From: Verrucomicrobiia bacterium
Lineage (GTDB): Bacteria > Verrucomicrobiota > Verrucomicrobiia > Limisphaerales > DSYF01
Length of the DNA stretch: 64,000 nucleotides
Assembly (NCBI GenBank): GCA_035765895.1
Contig: DASTWL010000010.1
Location: forward strand, 7,281 to 71,280
Direction of reading: 5' to 3'
Shown here in pieces: positions 38,489 to 47,718 of this stretch. Every line of letters begins with the position of its first letter. Position 1 is the first letter of the stretch. A program made the position numbers and the translations under genes. Under the pieces are notes generated by a model. The model was not told the origin of the DNA and ran no database searches. It saw only the letters and a list, made by a program, of their open reading frames with translations.

Positions 38489-38905
38489 TTAACGCACACC
38501 GGGCTTGCCGGGTTCGGGCGCTTTCGGCGCCTCGGACGGACGCGACCCGGCCGGCTGGGCGGAAGGCGCAATCTTGTTCGGATTCACTTCGGCGCGGCCC
38601 ACAAACGTCACCCCTTCCTCGACACTCAACTTGCTGGCCTTGATGTCACCGAAGATTTCCGCCTTGGTCTTGATGTCAATTTTCTCCTTGGCCGTGATGT
38701 TGCCGGTCACCTTGCCGCGCACCACCACGTTGCTGACGTTGATGTTGCCGTTGACGGTGGCGGTATCGCCCAACGTCAGGGTGCCGTCCGAGCTGATTTC
38801 GCCCTCGATTTTCCCCTCGAACTGCAGTTCGCCGCCGAAGCGAAGGTTGCCTTTGATCTCAACGTCATTTGAAAGAACGTTTTTGCCGCCGGTAGTAGAA
38901 CTCAT
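38489..38905 (-). CDS. Bactofilin (polymer-forming cytoskeletal protein)
   Basis: The track start is TTG 38911; I prefer ATG at 38905. Canonical bactofilin repeats: VEIKGNLRFGGELQFEGKIEGEISSDGTLTLGDTATVNGNINVSNVVVRGKVTGNITAKEKIDIKTKAEIFGDIKASKLSVEEGVTFVG. Confidence 0.9.
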   Translation of the reverse strand: MSSTTGGKNVLSNDVEIKGNLRFGGELQFEGKIEGEISSDGTLTLGDTATVNGNINVSNVVVRGKVTGNITAKEKIDIKTKAEIFGDIKASKLSVEEGVTFVGRAEVNPNKIAPSAQPAGSRPSEAPKAPEPGKPGVR

Positions 38906-39011
38906 GGTCAATTCCTTGGGTTAAATGATTCGGCCTGAGTATCGCCGCCGCCGCGCCTGTGTCAAAGCACCACACCAAAAACTTATTCACGAAACGAGCA
39001 GCGGGTGAGCG

Positions 39012-39034
39012 TTTTGCAAGAAGCGGTTGCAAAA
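39012..39034. promoter_or_regulatory. Perfect 8-bp inverted repeat TTTTGCAA-N7-TTGCAAAA upstream of the bactofilin gene pair
   Basis: ttttgcaa (39012-39019) and ttgcaaaa (39027-39034). The repeat lies ~100 nt upstream of the bactofilin start and ~30 nt downstream of the rnhA stop. It could be an operator, or it could be overlapping TTGCAA -35-like hexamers. Function unknown. Confidence 0.3.
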
Positions 39035-39063
39035 TGCAGGATGAACCGAGGCAACGGGATAAA

Positions 39064-39588
39064 TCAGAAAAGCGCAGGGGTCTGCCTCGCCGCGGGCGCA
39101 CCAGCGTCCTTGAACGCGACCAGCGCCGATTTGAGTTCCGCAGGGGAAAGTCTGCTGCGCAACTGCCGGATGGCGTCACGTGCCAGCACATCACAGCGCT
39201 CGTTGTCGGCGTGGCCGGCGTGACCTTTGAGCCAGCCCCACGTCACGTGGTGACGCGCACCCGCCGCGTCAAGTTCACGCCAGAGATCGGCATTCTTCAC
39301 CGGCTGCTTGTCTTTCGTGATCCAGCCTCGCGCCTTCCAGCCCTTGATCCATGACGTGATGCCGTTGCGCAGATATTCGGAGTCCGTGAAGATTTTGACA
39401 GTGCAGGGCTGCTTGAGCGCCCGCAGCGCCTCGATGGCGGCGCGGAGTTCCATGCGATTGTTGGTGGTCGCCGGTTCCGCGCCCGCAATTTCGCGCACAT
39501 GCTCCCCATGCCGCAATACGGCCGCCCAGCCGCCCGGGCCGGGATTCCCCTCGCAACCGCCGTCGGTGTGGATAATGACCTCTCTCAC
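39064..39588 (-). CDS. rnhA: Ribonuclease HI
   Basis: GTG start forming a GTGA overlap with the manC-like stop. DEDD catalytic pattern: [34 protein letters not shown]. Confidence 0.95.
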   Translation of the reverse strand: MREVIIHTDGGCEGNPGPGGWAAVLRHGEHVREIAGAEPATTNNRMELRAAIEALRALKQPCTVKIFTDSEYLRNGITSWIKGWKARGWITKDKQPVKNADLWRELDAAGARHHVTWGWLKGHAGHADNERCDVLARDAIRQLRSRLSPAELKSALVAFKDAGAPAARQTPALF

Positions 39589-40718
39589 ACCAGCCTTTTG
39601 AGTTTTGGATTCTCGGCGAGTCTTTTGACCAGCTCCTTGATCTTTTGGGCCTGTGACTTGTGGGCGAGCAAGACCGCATCGTCGGTCAAAACCAGAATGG
39701 AATCACGCAGCCCCGCGCAGGCAATTGGCGTGCGACGGCTTTGGCTGCGGCCGTCGTAGATGATGTTCCGCGCCCCGTCCACGTGAATGAATTCTCCCAC
39801 GGCGCAGTTGCCTTCGGCATCGGGCTTGAGGTGCCGCGCCAACGCCGGCCAGGCGCCCAAGTCATCCCAGTCGAAGGCGCCGTCGGCCACAACCACATTT
39901 TGGGCGTGTTCCATCAGGGCGTAGTCCACGCTGATTTTTTTGACGTCGGGATATTCGCGGGCGAGCACCCGCTCCAGTTTCCCCTTCGTCGCCGCCTCAA
40001 ACCAGCGCTGGCACGCCGTGCGCATTTCGGGCTGATGCTTCTCCAGCGCGTTGGTCACAGTGACGAAGGACCACACGAACATGCCGGCGTTCCAGCGATA
40101 TTGGCCGCTGGTGAGATAGGTCAGCGCGATGTCGTAGTTCGGTTTCTCCACGAACTGCTCGGCCTTGAAGAACGTCGTCTTGTATCGCTTCACGCCGGCG
40201 GGCGGTGGCAGTTCGGCACCGGTGCGGATGTAGCCATAACCCGTGGCCGGTTCGGTCGGCTTGATGCCGATGGTCACTATCACCTGCCCGCGGCTGGCGA
40301 GATCAAAGGCATCGCCGAGCACTTGTTGAAACTTCTTCGCCTCGGGAATGACGTGGTCCGCGGGCAGCACGGCCATGACCGCATTCACGGAACGGGCGCC
40401 CACGATGGCGGCACCGAGCGTCACCGCCGCGCACGTGTCACGGCCGACCGGTTCCGCAATGACGTTGTTCTTGGGCAGCTTCGGCAATTGCTTGCGCACC
40501 TCGGCTGCCTGCGCCGCGTTGGTGATGACCAGAATGTTTTTGACGGGCACCAACGGCAGGACGCGATCCACGGCCTGTTGCAGGAACGAGCGGTCGCCAA
40601 GCAGCTTGATGAGCTGCTTGGGGGTCTTCTCACGACTTATAGGCCAGAAGCGCTCGCCGCGCCCGCCCGCCATGATGATGACAAACCGTTCCGTCTGGTT
40701 GGTGGCTTTCGCTTTCAT
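39585..40718 (-). CDS. manC: Mannose-1-phosphate guanylyltransferase (GDP-mannose pyrophosphorylase, no isomerase domain)
   Basis: Nucleotidyltransferase motif [18 protein letters not shown], and further blocks LPADHVI and GYGYI typical of ManC/CpsB N-domains. Confidence 0.85.
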   Translation of the reverse strand: MKAKATNQTERFVIIMAGGRGERFWPISREKTPKQLIKLLGDRSFLQQAVDRVLPLVPVKNILVITNAAQAAEVRKQLPKLPKNNVIAEPVGRDTCAAVTLGAAIVGARSVNAVMAVLPADHVIPEAKKFQQVLGDAFDLASRGQVIVTIGIKPTEPATGYGYIRTGAELPPPAGVKRYKTTFFKAEQFVEKPNYDIALTYLTSGQYRWNAGMFVWSFVTVTNALEKHQPEMRTACQRWFEAATKGKLERVLAREYPDVKKISVDYALMEHAQNVVVADGAFDWDDLGAWPALARHLKPDAEGNCAVGEFIHVDGARNIIYDGRSQSRRTPIACAGLRDSILVLTDDAVLLAHKSQAQKIKELVKRLAENPKLKRLV

Positions 40719-40751
40719 GGTGTGAGTTCCCCGGCCGGCATGAAATCCCGT

Positions 40752-42413
40752 TCACCGCGTGATCTTCAGCGCGAACGCAATGTCGCACGGCGGCTTGTCC
40801 GGCAGGGTGGCCATCAAGCCGTCCGCATTGCGCGTGAACTTGAGCTTGCCGCCGCCCAGCAGGCGGACGCTGCCAATCTTGCCCGGCCAGTTCGGTGAAT
40901 TTTCCGCCAGTGATTTGATGGTCACTTTGCCATCCGCCGGCCACGCCAGCACGACGGCGTAGAGGGTCCGGCCGTTCTTGGACTGGGTGAACCGGATGTC
41001 CGCGGGCGTGAACGGCTTCGCGTGCGTGTCCCGCTGGCCGTCGAACTGGCCCTTTTCAAAATCGGTGGTGGACGGACCTTCGCCGTAGGTTTTCCACGGC
41101 CGTGTCTGGTAGATCGCCTCGCCATTGACCTTCAGCCACGCACCGATGCCGCCGACGATTTTCACCTCGTCGTCGTCAATCGTGCCGTCGCGGCGCACGG
41201 GCACGCTCAACATCAGGTTGCCGTTTTTGCTGACGATGTCCACCAACATGGGCACCACCTGCGCCGCAATCTTGTAGCGATGATGCTCGTAAATCGCACG
41301 GTCGTAATGCCACGAGCCGATGCAGGTGTCCGTCTGCCACGCAAAGGGCAGGATGCCGGAGGCCTTGCCGCGCTCGATGTCGTAAACGAGCGCTTGGCGT
41401 TGGAGTTCGTCAAGATGCTTGCCGTTCATCACGGCTTCGTTCTTCCCGTGGCGTTGAATGCTGGTGTTGTAGAAGTGCGCGGCCAGCCGGAGCCCGATTT
41501 CATCCGTCAATCCGTGGAACGGCATCACGGTATCATCGAAGTAAATCATGTCGGGCTGGTAGTCGTCCCAAAGCTGCTTCGTGCGCAGGAAGAATTTTTT
41601 CAGGTAGGCCGCATCCGGAATGCTGCTGCCCTTGGCGGGATTCCATTCCCAGTCCAGCCGTGTTCCCGGCGGGTGGTTTTGCGCGTAAAGATCCTGCGGA
41701 TCCAGGCCGTCCCACCAGAGCCCTTTGCCGTCCGCTTTGGTGAGCTTGCCATCGTAGGGCACGCCGGCGAGCGGGCCCTCCTTGTCCGCGCCCTGGGCGG
41801 GTTCATACCACGACCAGGCGTGCGACGCATGCACGCTGACGGCGAAGCGCAGACCGTTTTTGCGGGCCGCCCGCGCCCAGCCGCCAATCAAATCCTGATG
41901 CGGCCCCACGGCCACCGAGTTCCACGGCTGATACCGCGAATTGAAGTTGTCGAAGTTGTCGTGGTGGTTGGCCAGCGCCATGAAATATTTGGCGCCGCAC
42001 TTCTTGTAGAACGCGAGCAGCTGGTCGGGATTAAAGTTGGCCGCCTTCCACTCGTGAATCACATCCTTGAAGCCGTTCGTGGACGGATGGCCGTATTCGG
42101 CCAGGTGCGATTTGTAGTCCGCATCGCCCGGCATATACATGCGGCGCGCATACCAGTCGCCGTGCTCCGGCTCGCATTGCGGCCCCCAGTGCGCCCAGAT
42201 GCCAAACTTCGCGTCACGGAACCACTCGGGCGTCTGGTAGTTGGTGAGGGACTGCCACGTCGGCTGAAACGAGCCGTCCACAATCGGCAGCTCCGCGGGT
42301 GGCACCGGCGGGTCGTTTTCCGCAGCCGCCGCGGCGGCCGGTCCGCCCAGCCCAAAGGCGGACACTGTGAGCACAGACAGAATGCGAACTGCAAGGTTGG
42401 ATTTGGTTTTCAT
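40752..42413 (-). CDS. Glycoside hydrolase family 29 alpha-L-fucosidase
   Basis: Signal peptide MKTKSNLAVRILSVLTVSAFG. GH29 block PTWQSLTNYQTPEWFRDAKFGIWAHWGPQ. Other blocks: KYFMALANHHDNFDNF, MIYFD. A C-terminal beta-sandwich domain follows. Confidence 0.9.
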   Translation of the reverse strand: MKTKSNLAVRILSVLTVSAFGLGGPAAAAAAENDPPVPPAELPIVDGSFQPTWQSLTNYQTPEWFRDAKFGIWAHWGPQCEPEHGDWYARRMYMPGDADYKSHLAEYGHPSTNGFKDVIHEWKAANFNPDQLLAFYKKCGAKYFMALANHHDNFDNFNSRYQPWNSVAVGPHQDLIGGWARAARKNGLRFAVSVHASHAWSWYEPAQGADKEGPLAGVPYDGKLTKADGKGLWWDGLDPQDLYAQNHPPGTRLDWEWNPAKGSSIPDAAYLKKFFLRTKQLWDDYQPDMIYFDDTVMPFHGLTDEIGLRLAAHFYNTSIQRHGKNEAVMNGKHLDELQRQALVYDIERGKASGILPFAWQTDTCIGSWHYDRAIYEHHRYKIAAQVVPMLVDIVSKNGNLMLSVPVRRDGTIDDDEVKIVGGIGAWLKVNGEAIYQTRPWKTYGEGPSTTDFEKGQFDGQRDTHAKPFTPADIRFTQSKNGRTLYAVVLAWPADGKVTIKSLAENSPNWPGKIGSVRLLGGGKLKFTRNADGLMATLPDKPPCDIAFALKITR

Positions 42414-42451
42414 GGATTCACGGGAAAAGGACGCTCATGCTCGGCCGGCGC

Positions 42452-43252
42452 TCAAACCGACTTCACCGCGTCGGCGAGCGATTTCACGAACGCACTGACG
42501 CGCGTCACCAGCTCCGGCGACCGGCCGTGTTCGGCGATCTGGTTCACCACCGCGCTGCCGACCACAATGGCTTCCGCACTTTGCGCCACGGTGCGCGCCT
42601 GCTCAGGATTGGAAATCCCGAAGCCGACCGCTATGGGAAGCGACGTGTGTGCGCGAATCTTTGCGGTCATGGTCGCGATGGTGTCCGAAATTTTCGCCTG
42701 CATGCCGGTGACGCCTTCGCGCGAGACGTAGTAAATGAACCCGCTGGCGCGGCGCGCGATGAGTTCCATGCGGTCCTCGGGCGTCGTGGGCGCAATCAGG
42801 TAAATGTTGCAGAGCCCCGCCTCCCGCATGAGGCGCTCGTAGTTGTCCGATTCCTCGGGCGGCAGATCGAGCACCAAAAGGCCGTCCACGCCGGCTTTCG
42901 CGCAATCGACGATGAACTCCTTCACGCCGCGCTTGTGCAGGAGGTTGAAATAGACGTAGAGCACGACAGGGATCTGCGAATCGCGCCGGATGGCCGCGAT
43001 GGTTTGCAGCAGCTTGGGCGGCGTGGTGCCGGATTCCAGGCCGCGCTGGGCCGCCAGTTGATTCACCAGGCCGTCCGCGAGCGGATCGCTGAAGGGCACG
43101 CCCAGCTCGATGACATCCACGCCCGCGCGGTCGAAAGCCAGCGCCAGTTCCCGGGTTGCTGCAAGGTCCGGATCCCCGGCGCCGATGTAAATGACGAGGC
43201 CCTTTTTACCACCCTGTTGCAGCCGGCCGAAGCGTTCGACGATGCGGTTCAT
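42452..43252 (-). CDS. trpA: Tryptophan synthase alpha chain
   Basis: The track start is GTG 43276. ATG at 43252 gives MNRIVERFGRLQQGGKKGLVIYIGAGDP. Canonical blocks ELGVPFSDPLADG and PIAVGFGIS. Confidence 0.95.
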   Translation of the reverse strand: MNRIVERFGRLQQGGKKGLVIYIGAGDPDLAATRELALAFDRAGVDVIELGVPFSDPLADGLVNQLAAQRGLESGTTPPKLLQTIAAIRRDSQIPVVLYVYFNLLHKRGVKEFIVDCAKAGVDGLLVLDLPPEESDNYERLMREAGLCNIYLIAPTTPEDRMELIARRASGFIYYVSREGVTGMQAKISDTIATMTAKIRAHTSLPIAVGFGISNPEQARTVAQSAEAIVVGSAVVNQIAEHGRSPELVTRVSAFVKSLADAVKSV

Positions 43253-43307
43253 GTGCGTGGCAGCATGGCAAAGCACCTCCGGCTTGGCAAAACGGAAACG
43301 CCGGGCC

Positions 43308-44390
43308 TCAACCCAGAAACGGAAACTCGCGCGCCAGCAAGCCCGCCGCCTTCAGGTCGCGCCACAAGGCCGCGGGCAACGGCCGCGTGGCACTCAGCAC
43401 GTTGTCGCGAACGTGGGCGGGTTTGCCCGTGTTGAGCGCCACCGCCACGATGCCGGGAACCGCCAGGCCAAACTGCACGCAAACGTCCGCGGGCTTCACA
43501 GCGTGGCGTGCACACAGCGCCAGGAATTGCCCGCGCCATGCAAACAGCGATGCCTCCTTCACAGGGTCGGGCCGGCGATAATCGAACCACTGGCCGCCAA
43601 TCAAGAAACCGGCATTGAAAACGGCGGAGTTGATCATGCCCACACCGCGCGACGCGAGATGGGCGATGAAGGCGAGCAACTCGGGCGGATGCGAGTAAAC
43701 CGTGAGGCTGCAGGCGAACATGACCCAGTCCAGGTCCACGTGACCGGCGATTTCGCGGATGACGCGCCAGTCCTTGGCGCCGATGCCGATGGCTTGCACG
43801 AGTCCCCGGCCCTTCAATTCAAAGAGCGCCCGATACGCGTCCAGCACTTTCGCGAAACGGGTCTGCCGTTCCGCCGGCGATTTGGCCGCGGCCAGAAATT
43901 CATCCGGATCGTGGACCGACACCACCTGGGCGCTGAACCCCGGACCCAGCAGGCTGTTGCCCTGTTCGTAACATTGCAGGATGCCCTCGTAACTGATGCG
44001 TGATTCCGCATCATGTCCAATGCCGGCCCACACACCACGTTCAAAGGTGGGTTCCGGCCCGCGCAGCGGCACCTGATACCAGCCCAGCTTGTTGCTGATC
44101 ACCACTTCGCCCGGCCTCACGCCGAGCGTGCGCAGCGAATTCCCGATGACGGACAACGCCAGCCCGGCACCGTATTTGCCGGCTGAATCAAAAACGGCCG
44201 GTGCCGGCGAATGGCGGATGATCTCCGCCACAATGGCCCGCTTCGTTTCGTCGGGCACCACTTCATACAAGTTGCCGAGGCAACTGGTGCCGAAGATCAC
44301 CGGCGGCACCGAGAGCCCGGTTTTGCCCAGCGGCCGATGCGATCCGGCCGGAGCGGGTCCCTGGGTTAATGGCATGTTTGTCGGGTTCAT
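43308..44390 (-). CDS. Aldo/keto reductase family oxidoreductase (aldose dehydrogenase-like)
   Basis: PLGKTGLSVPPVIFGTSCLGNLY, FDSAGKYG, ISNKLGW, VVSVHDPDE. The specific substrate cannot be inferred. Confidence 0.8.
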   Translation of the reverse strand: MNPTNMPLTQGPAPAGSHRPLGKTGLSVPPVIFGTSCLGNLYEVVPDETKRAIVAEIIRHSPAPAVFDSAGKYGAGLALSVIGNSLRTLGVRPGEVVISNKLGWYQVPLRGPEPTFERGVWAGIGHDAESRISYEGILQCYEQGNSLLGPGFSAQVVSVHDPDEFLAAAKSPAERQTRFAKVLDAYRALFELKGRGLVQAIGIGAKDWRVIREIAGHVDLDWVMFACSLTVYSHPPELLAFIAHLASRGVGMINSAVFNAGFLIGGQWFDYRRPDPVKEASLFAWRGQFLALCARHAVKPADVCVQFGLAVPGIVAVALNTGKPAHVRDNVLSATRPLPAALWRDLKAAGLLAREFPFLG

Positions 44391-44405
44391 AAAACACGTC
44401 GCGGC

Positions 44406-46448
44406 TCAGCGTGTCTTCACGCGCAACACGGTCAGCGAATGGGCGGGCAGTTCACAGTCGAACACCGGCCCCACCTTGAGGCGCGAGGTGACCGGCTCCA
44501 CCCGGAGCGGCTGATTGAAATCGTTCACCGCGGCCGGATCGCCTGTGAGCACCGTCTGAATCGCCTCGGAGCCGACATTGTTGACCCCGGCCAGACTCAC
44601 GCGCACCGGCTGAAGCGTTGCTTGTCCATTGACCAGTTTCATAATGAGGTCACCGGAACGCCGTTCGCTCACGGACGAGATTGCCAGGCGGGCGCCAGCC
44701 GGAACCCCGGAGCAAGTGGTCGGCAGGCAGACGTCGCCCTGGTTCAGGCTGAACAGCTGCTGCACGAAATAATTCACCGTGCGCAGCACCTGCTGGTTGT
44801 CGAAATAGATCAGATCGGGCCGCCATTGCGTGCGGCCCTGCTTGGCAAGGAGGGGCGCATACGAGGCCAGGCGGACGACGTCGCCATTGCGCTCCAGCGC
44901 GGTCAGGTGGGCCGCTTCGGCGAGCGCCGAACGCAGCGTGTTGGCCCGACCGGCATCATGGGCCGCGTATTCGCCCAGATACACCTGCGACCACGAGCGG
45001 TCATAACCGTCGTAACGATTCAGGTGGTCCCAAAACCATTCCGGCTTTTCGTAGTAGTGCTCATCCACCATGGGCACGTGCAGTTCATTGGCAAACTGCC
45101 AGCCCGCGTCGTAATCCGGTCCGTCCGGGAACGGCCCCACGGTGCCGATCACCGTGATTTCCGGGTGCTGCGCCTTCACGGCCTCGTAGATCATTTTGAA
45201 CCGGGTGCGAAACACCTCCGTTTGGGCGTCCTCGTTGCCGACACCGAGGTATTGCAAATGAAACGGCTCGGGGTGACCCGCCGCCGCGCGCTTGGCGCCC
45301 CAAGCCGAAGTGGCGGGACCGTTCGCCCACTCGATCAAATCCAGAATGTCCTGCACGTAGGCAGGCATGGCCGCGAGCGGCAATCCCTCCTGCCCGGTGC
45401 CACCGGTGTGACCGGAATTCTGACAGCACACGCCCGCGGCCACCACGGGCAGGGGTTTGGCGCGGATATCCTCGCAAAACTGGAAATACTCGAAGTAGCC
45501 CAAGCCAACCGATTGATGATAGCCCCAGAGGTTCGCCTGCTGATGACGCTCCTCCACCGGGCCGATGGTGTCCTTCCACCGATACAGGTTGCCGAGGCCG
45601 TTGCCATGCGCGACGCAGCCTCCCGGGAAGCGGATGAACTTCGGATGCAAATCGGCAATCGCCTGCGCCAAGTCCGGTCGCAAACCATTCGGCCGGCCGC
45701 GAAACGTGTTTTCTGGAAACAACGAAACCTCGTCCAACGCCATCCCGCCGCGATTGGTCACCACCAGGACAAAGCGGGCCGCCGCCTCGGATTGCGTCGC
45801 CGTAATGGTGTTCGTCAGCCGCGTCCACTCCCAACCGGGCGCGCCCAAGGCCACTTCGCCCAGCACTTGACCGCTCTTGCTTTCCAATCGCGCCGTCAAC
45901 GGTGCCGGATGGCCCGCGTGCGCGGAACCGCCCCAGCGGTTGCCAACGTAAAGCTGCCGCGCGAACAGTGAAACACGATAGCGCCCGCCCGCCTCCACGC
46001 GGATGCCGTCAAAACCGGGGTTCGCCAGGCCGACGCCCTGCCCGGGCTCGGACACTTCCAACACCGCATAGTGAGGATTATTGGCGTTGAGCGGCGCCGC
46101 CGCCTCCCCATCGAGCGAGGCGCGGCCGCCACCGGGGGTCTGCACGTCCCAATAGCTCAGCGGATTCCAGGTCTTTTGTTCCGTCGCCTGATATTCGAAC
46201 GAACGGTTTTGAATCAGTTCGGCATAAAGCCCGCCATCCGCCGCGTAGTTGATGTCTTCAAAAAAAACGCCCACCAAATCCGGGCCGATGGACCGGCCGG
46301 GGGCATCCGCCTGCACCTTGATTATGGCGACATCCGCCAACGCGCGGCCGACGCCCAGCAGGATTCCCATGGAAAGGCAAAGTGATTTCACGGGCGGGAG
46401 GATAGTCAAACGGCGGCGGCGCCGTCGATGGCGTTTGGTCAGCTTCAC
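44406..46448 (-). CDS. Glycoside hydrolase family 51 alpha-L-arabinofuranosidase
   Basis: GH51 (plant/Bacteroidota-type) blocks: FFEDINYAADGGLYAELIQNRSFE, FIRFPGGC, HLQYLGVGNEDAQ. The start is GTG at 46448; GTG at 46391 is an alternative and gives MKSLCLSMGILLGVGRALA (signal peptide). Confidence 0.85.
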   Translation of the reverse strand: MKLTKRHRRRRRRLTILPPVKSLCLSMGILLGVGRALADVAIIKVQADAPGRSIGPDLVGVFFEDINYAADGGLYAELIQNRSFEYQATEQKTWNPLSYWDVQTPGGGRASLDGEAAAPLNANNPHYAVLEVSEPGQGVGLANPGFDGIRVEAGGRYRVSLFARQLYVGNRWGGSAHAGHPAPLTARLESKSGQVLGEVALGAPGWEWTRLTNTITATQSEAAARFVLVVTNRGGMALDEVSLFPENTFRGRPNGLRPDLAQAIADLHPKFIRFPGGCVAHGNGLGNLYRWKDTIGPVEERHQQANLWGYHQSVGLGYFEYFQFCEDIRAKPLPVVAAGVCCQNSGHTGGTGQEGLPLAAMPAYVQDILDLIEWANGPATSAWGAKRAAAGHPEPFHLQYLGVGNEDAQTEVFRTRFKMIYEAVKAQHPEITVIGTVGPFPDGPDYDAGWQFANELHVPMVDEHYYEKPEWFWDHLNRYDGYDRSWSQVYLGEYAAHDAGRANTLRSALAEAAHLTALERNGDVVRLASYAPLLAKQGRTQWRPDLIYFDNQQVLRTVNYFVQQLFSLNQGDVCLPTTCSGVPAGARLAISSVSERRSGDLIMKLVNGQATLQPVRVSLAGVNNVGSEAIQTVLTGDPAAVNDFNQPLRVEPVTSRLKVGPVFDCELPAHSLTVLRVKTR

Positions 46449-46519
46449 AAAACGGCTTGCTGGGATGGTCGCACCCGATCTTAAATGGATTCCACACTCA
46501 CTAAAAAGTTCCGAAGCAA

Positions 46520-47071
46520 ATGCGACGCGGCACCAAAACGACCATCACCGGCGGCCTGTTGTTCCTGCTGGGAGCGTTCGTTGTGCCGCTGTGGTTGGTT
46601 CTTGTGGTGGTTTTGCACCACAAACCGGAGACGCAATTCAAGGTGCCCGGGCAAACCGAGGTCACGGTCAAGGAGGCTGGCCGTTACTATCTCTGGCACG
46701 ATTGCGGGACCGTTTACCCGGGCCGGAACTACGCGCAATCCGCCGATCTTCCTGATGGGCTGACGATTCAGGTTCACGCCGCCAGCGGCCGCGAACTGCC
46801 ATTCGTCAGCGACCGGTCCATTTCCGCCAGCAACAATGGCAGCACGAAAAAGAGCATCGGCTACGTGGACGTCGCACAGCCGGAAACGGTGACCGTGCAA
46901 GTGTCGGGCTCCGCCCAAGATTTGATATTTTCCTTCTCACAGTTCCGGCTCCTGCGTTTGTTCGGTCTCATTTTCGGAGGCGTCGGGCTTTCGATTCTGG
47001 TGGGTCTGGGCGGGCTTGGCTTGATGGTTTGGGGCATCGTGAAGCTGGTCCGCGCGAAGCCGCACGGTTGA
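46520..47071 (+). CDS. Hypothetical membrane protein (N- and C-terminal TM segments flanking a beta-rich exported domain)
   Basis: ATG start, with genome-typical codon usage by eye. TM segments GGLLFLLGAFVVPLWLVLVVVL and LFGLIFGGVGLSILVGLGGLGLMVWGIV. No recognised family. Confidence 0.6.
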   Translation: MRRGTKTTITGGLLFLLGAFVVPLWLVLVVVLHHKPETQFKVPGQTEVTVKEAGRYYLWHDCGTVYPGRNYAQSADLPDGLTIQVHAASGRELPFVSDRSISASNNGSTKKSIGYVDVAQPETVTVQVSGSAQDLIFSFSQFRLLRLFGLIFGGVGLSILVGLGGLGLMVWGIVKLVRAKPHG

Positions 47072-47133
47072 GTCCCCCCGCGAATAACATGGCGATGCTT
47101 GACTTGCCGGCTTCATGACCCAAGAGTGGCCGC

Positions 47134-47523
47134 GTGCTGCGTCGTTTCGGCCATTGGATGCTGGTTGCCGCCCTTCTGGCGGCCATCGGTGGTCATTGGG
47201 CGCTTCTGCAATCCTTCGCGTGGGCCGCGATGCTGGCCGACAATCTGCAAACGCACTCCGTGACGGAGTCCATTGAGCGAACGTTTGATGGCAAGCATCC
47301 CTGCCGCTGCTGTCGGGCGATTGCCGCCGGCCGGCAGACGGAAAAGCGGCCGGAGACCGAATTTCCTGGAGTGAAACTCAAGCAGCCGGACCTCGCCTGG
47401 GAACGGTCATGCTTCGTGTTCGTTCCGCCGGCCGATTTCCACTGGCTGCCCGCCTTCGAAGCAACTGCGGACTCGCTTTCGCACGCTCCGCTTCTGCCCC
47501 CGCCCCGCTCCACTGCTGCCTGA
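47134..47523 (+). CDS. Hypothetical small membrane-anchored protein with HPCRCC cysteine motif
   Basis: GTG start. N-terminal TM WMLVAALLAAIGGHWALLQSFAWAAML, followed by FDGKHPCRCCRAIAAG. No recognised family. Confidence 0.55.
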   Translation: MLRRFGHWMLVAALLAAIGGHWALLQSFAWAAMLADNLQTHSVTESIERTFDGKHPCRCCRAIAAGRQTEKRPETEFPGVKLKQPDLAWERSCFVFVPPADFHWLPAFEATADSLSHAPLLPPPRSTAA

Positions 47524-47718
47524 GCCACCGGTGTCGTTAACCCGCCGCTCCCATAGCGTGCGGTCAGCTTGTTGTTCCACAACCCGGGACCCGCTCGAAG
47601 CGGTGTCCCAAACCCGTTCGCCCGACGTCTCGTCCGCCCGAGCGGACCGGCGTCACGCCGGCCACCGCACAACCAAAACCGCGGCCCGGAACGGGTTCAG
47701 TGTTCCCGATTGGTCCTC

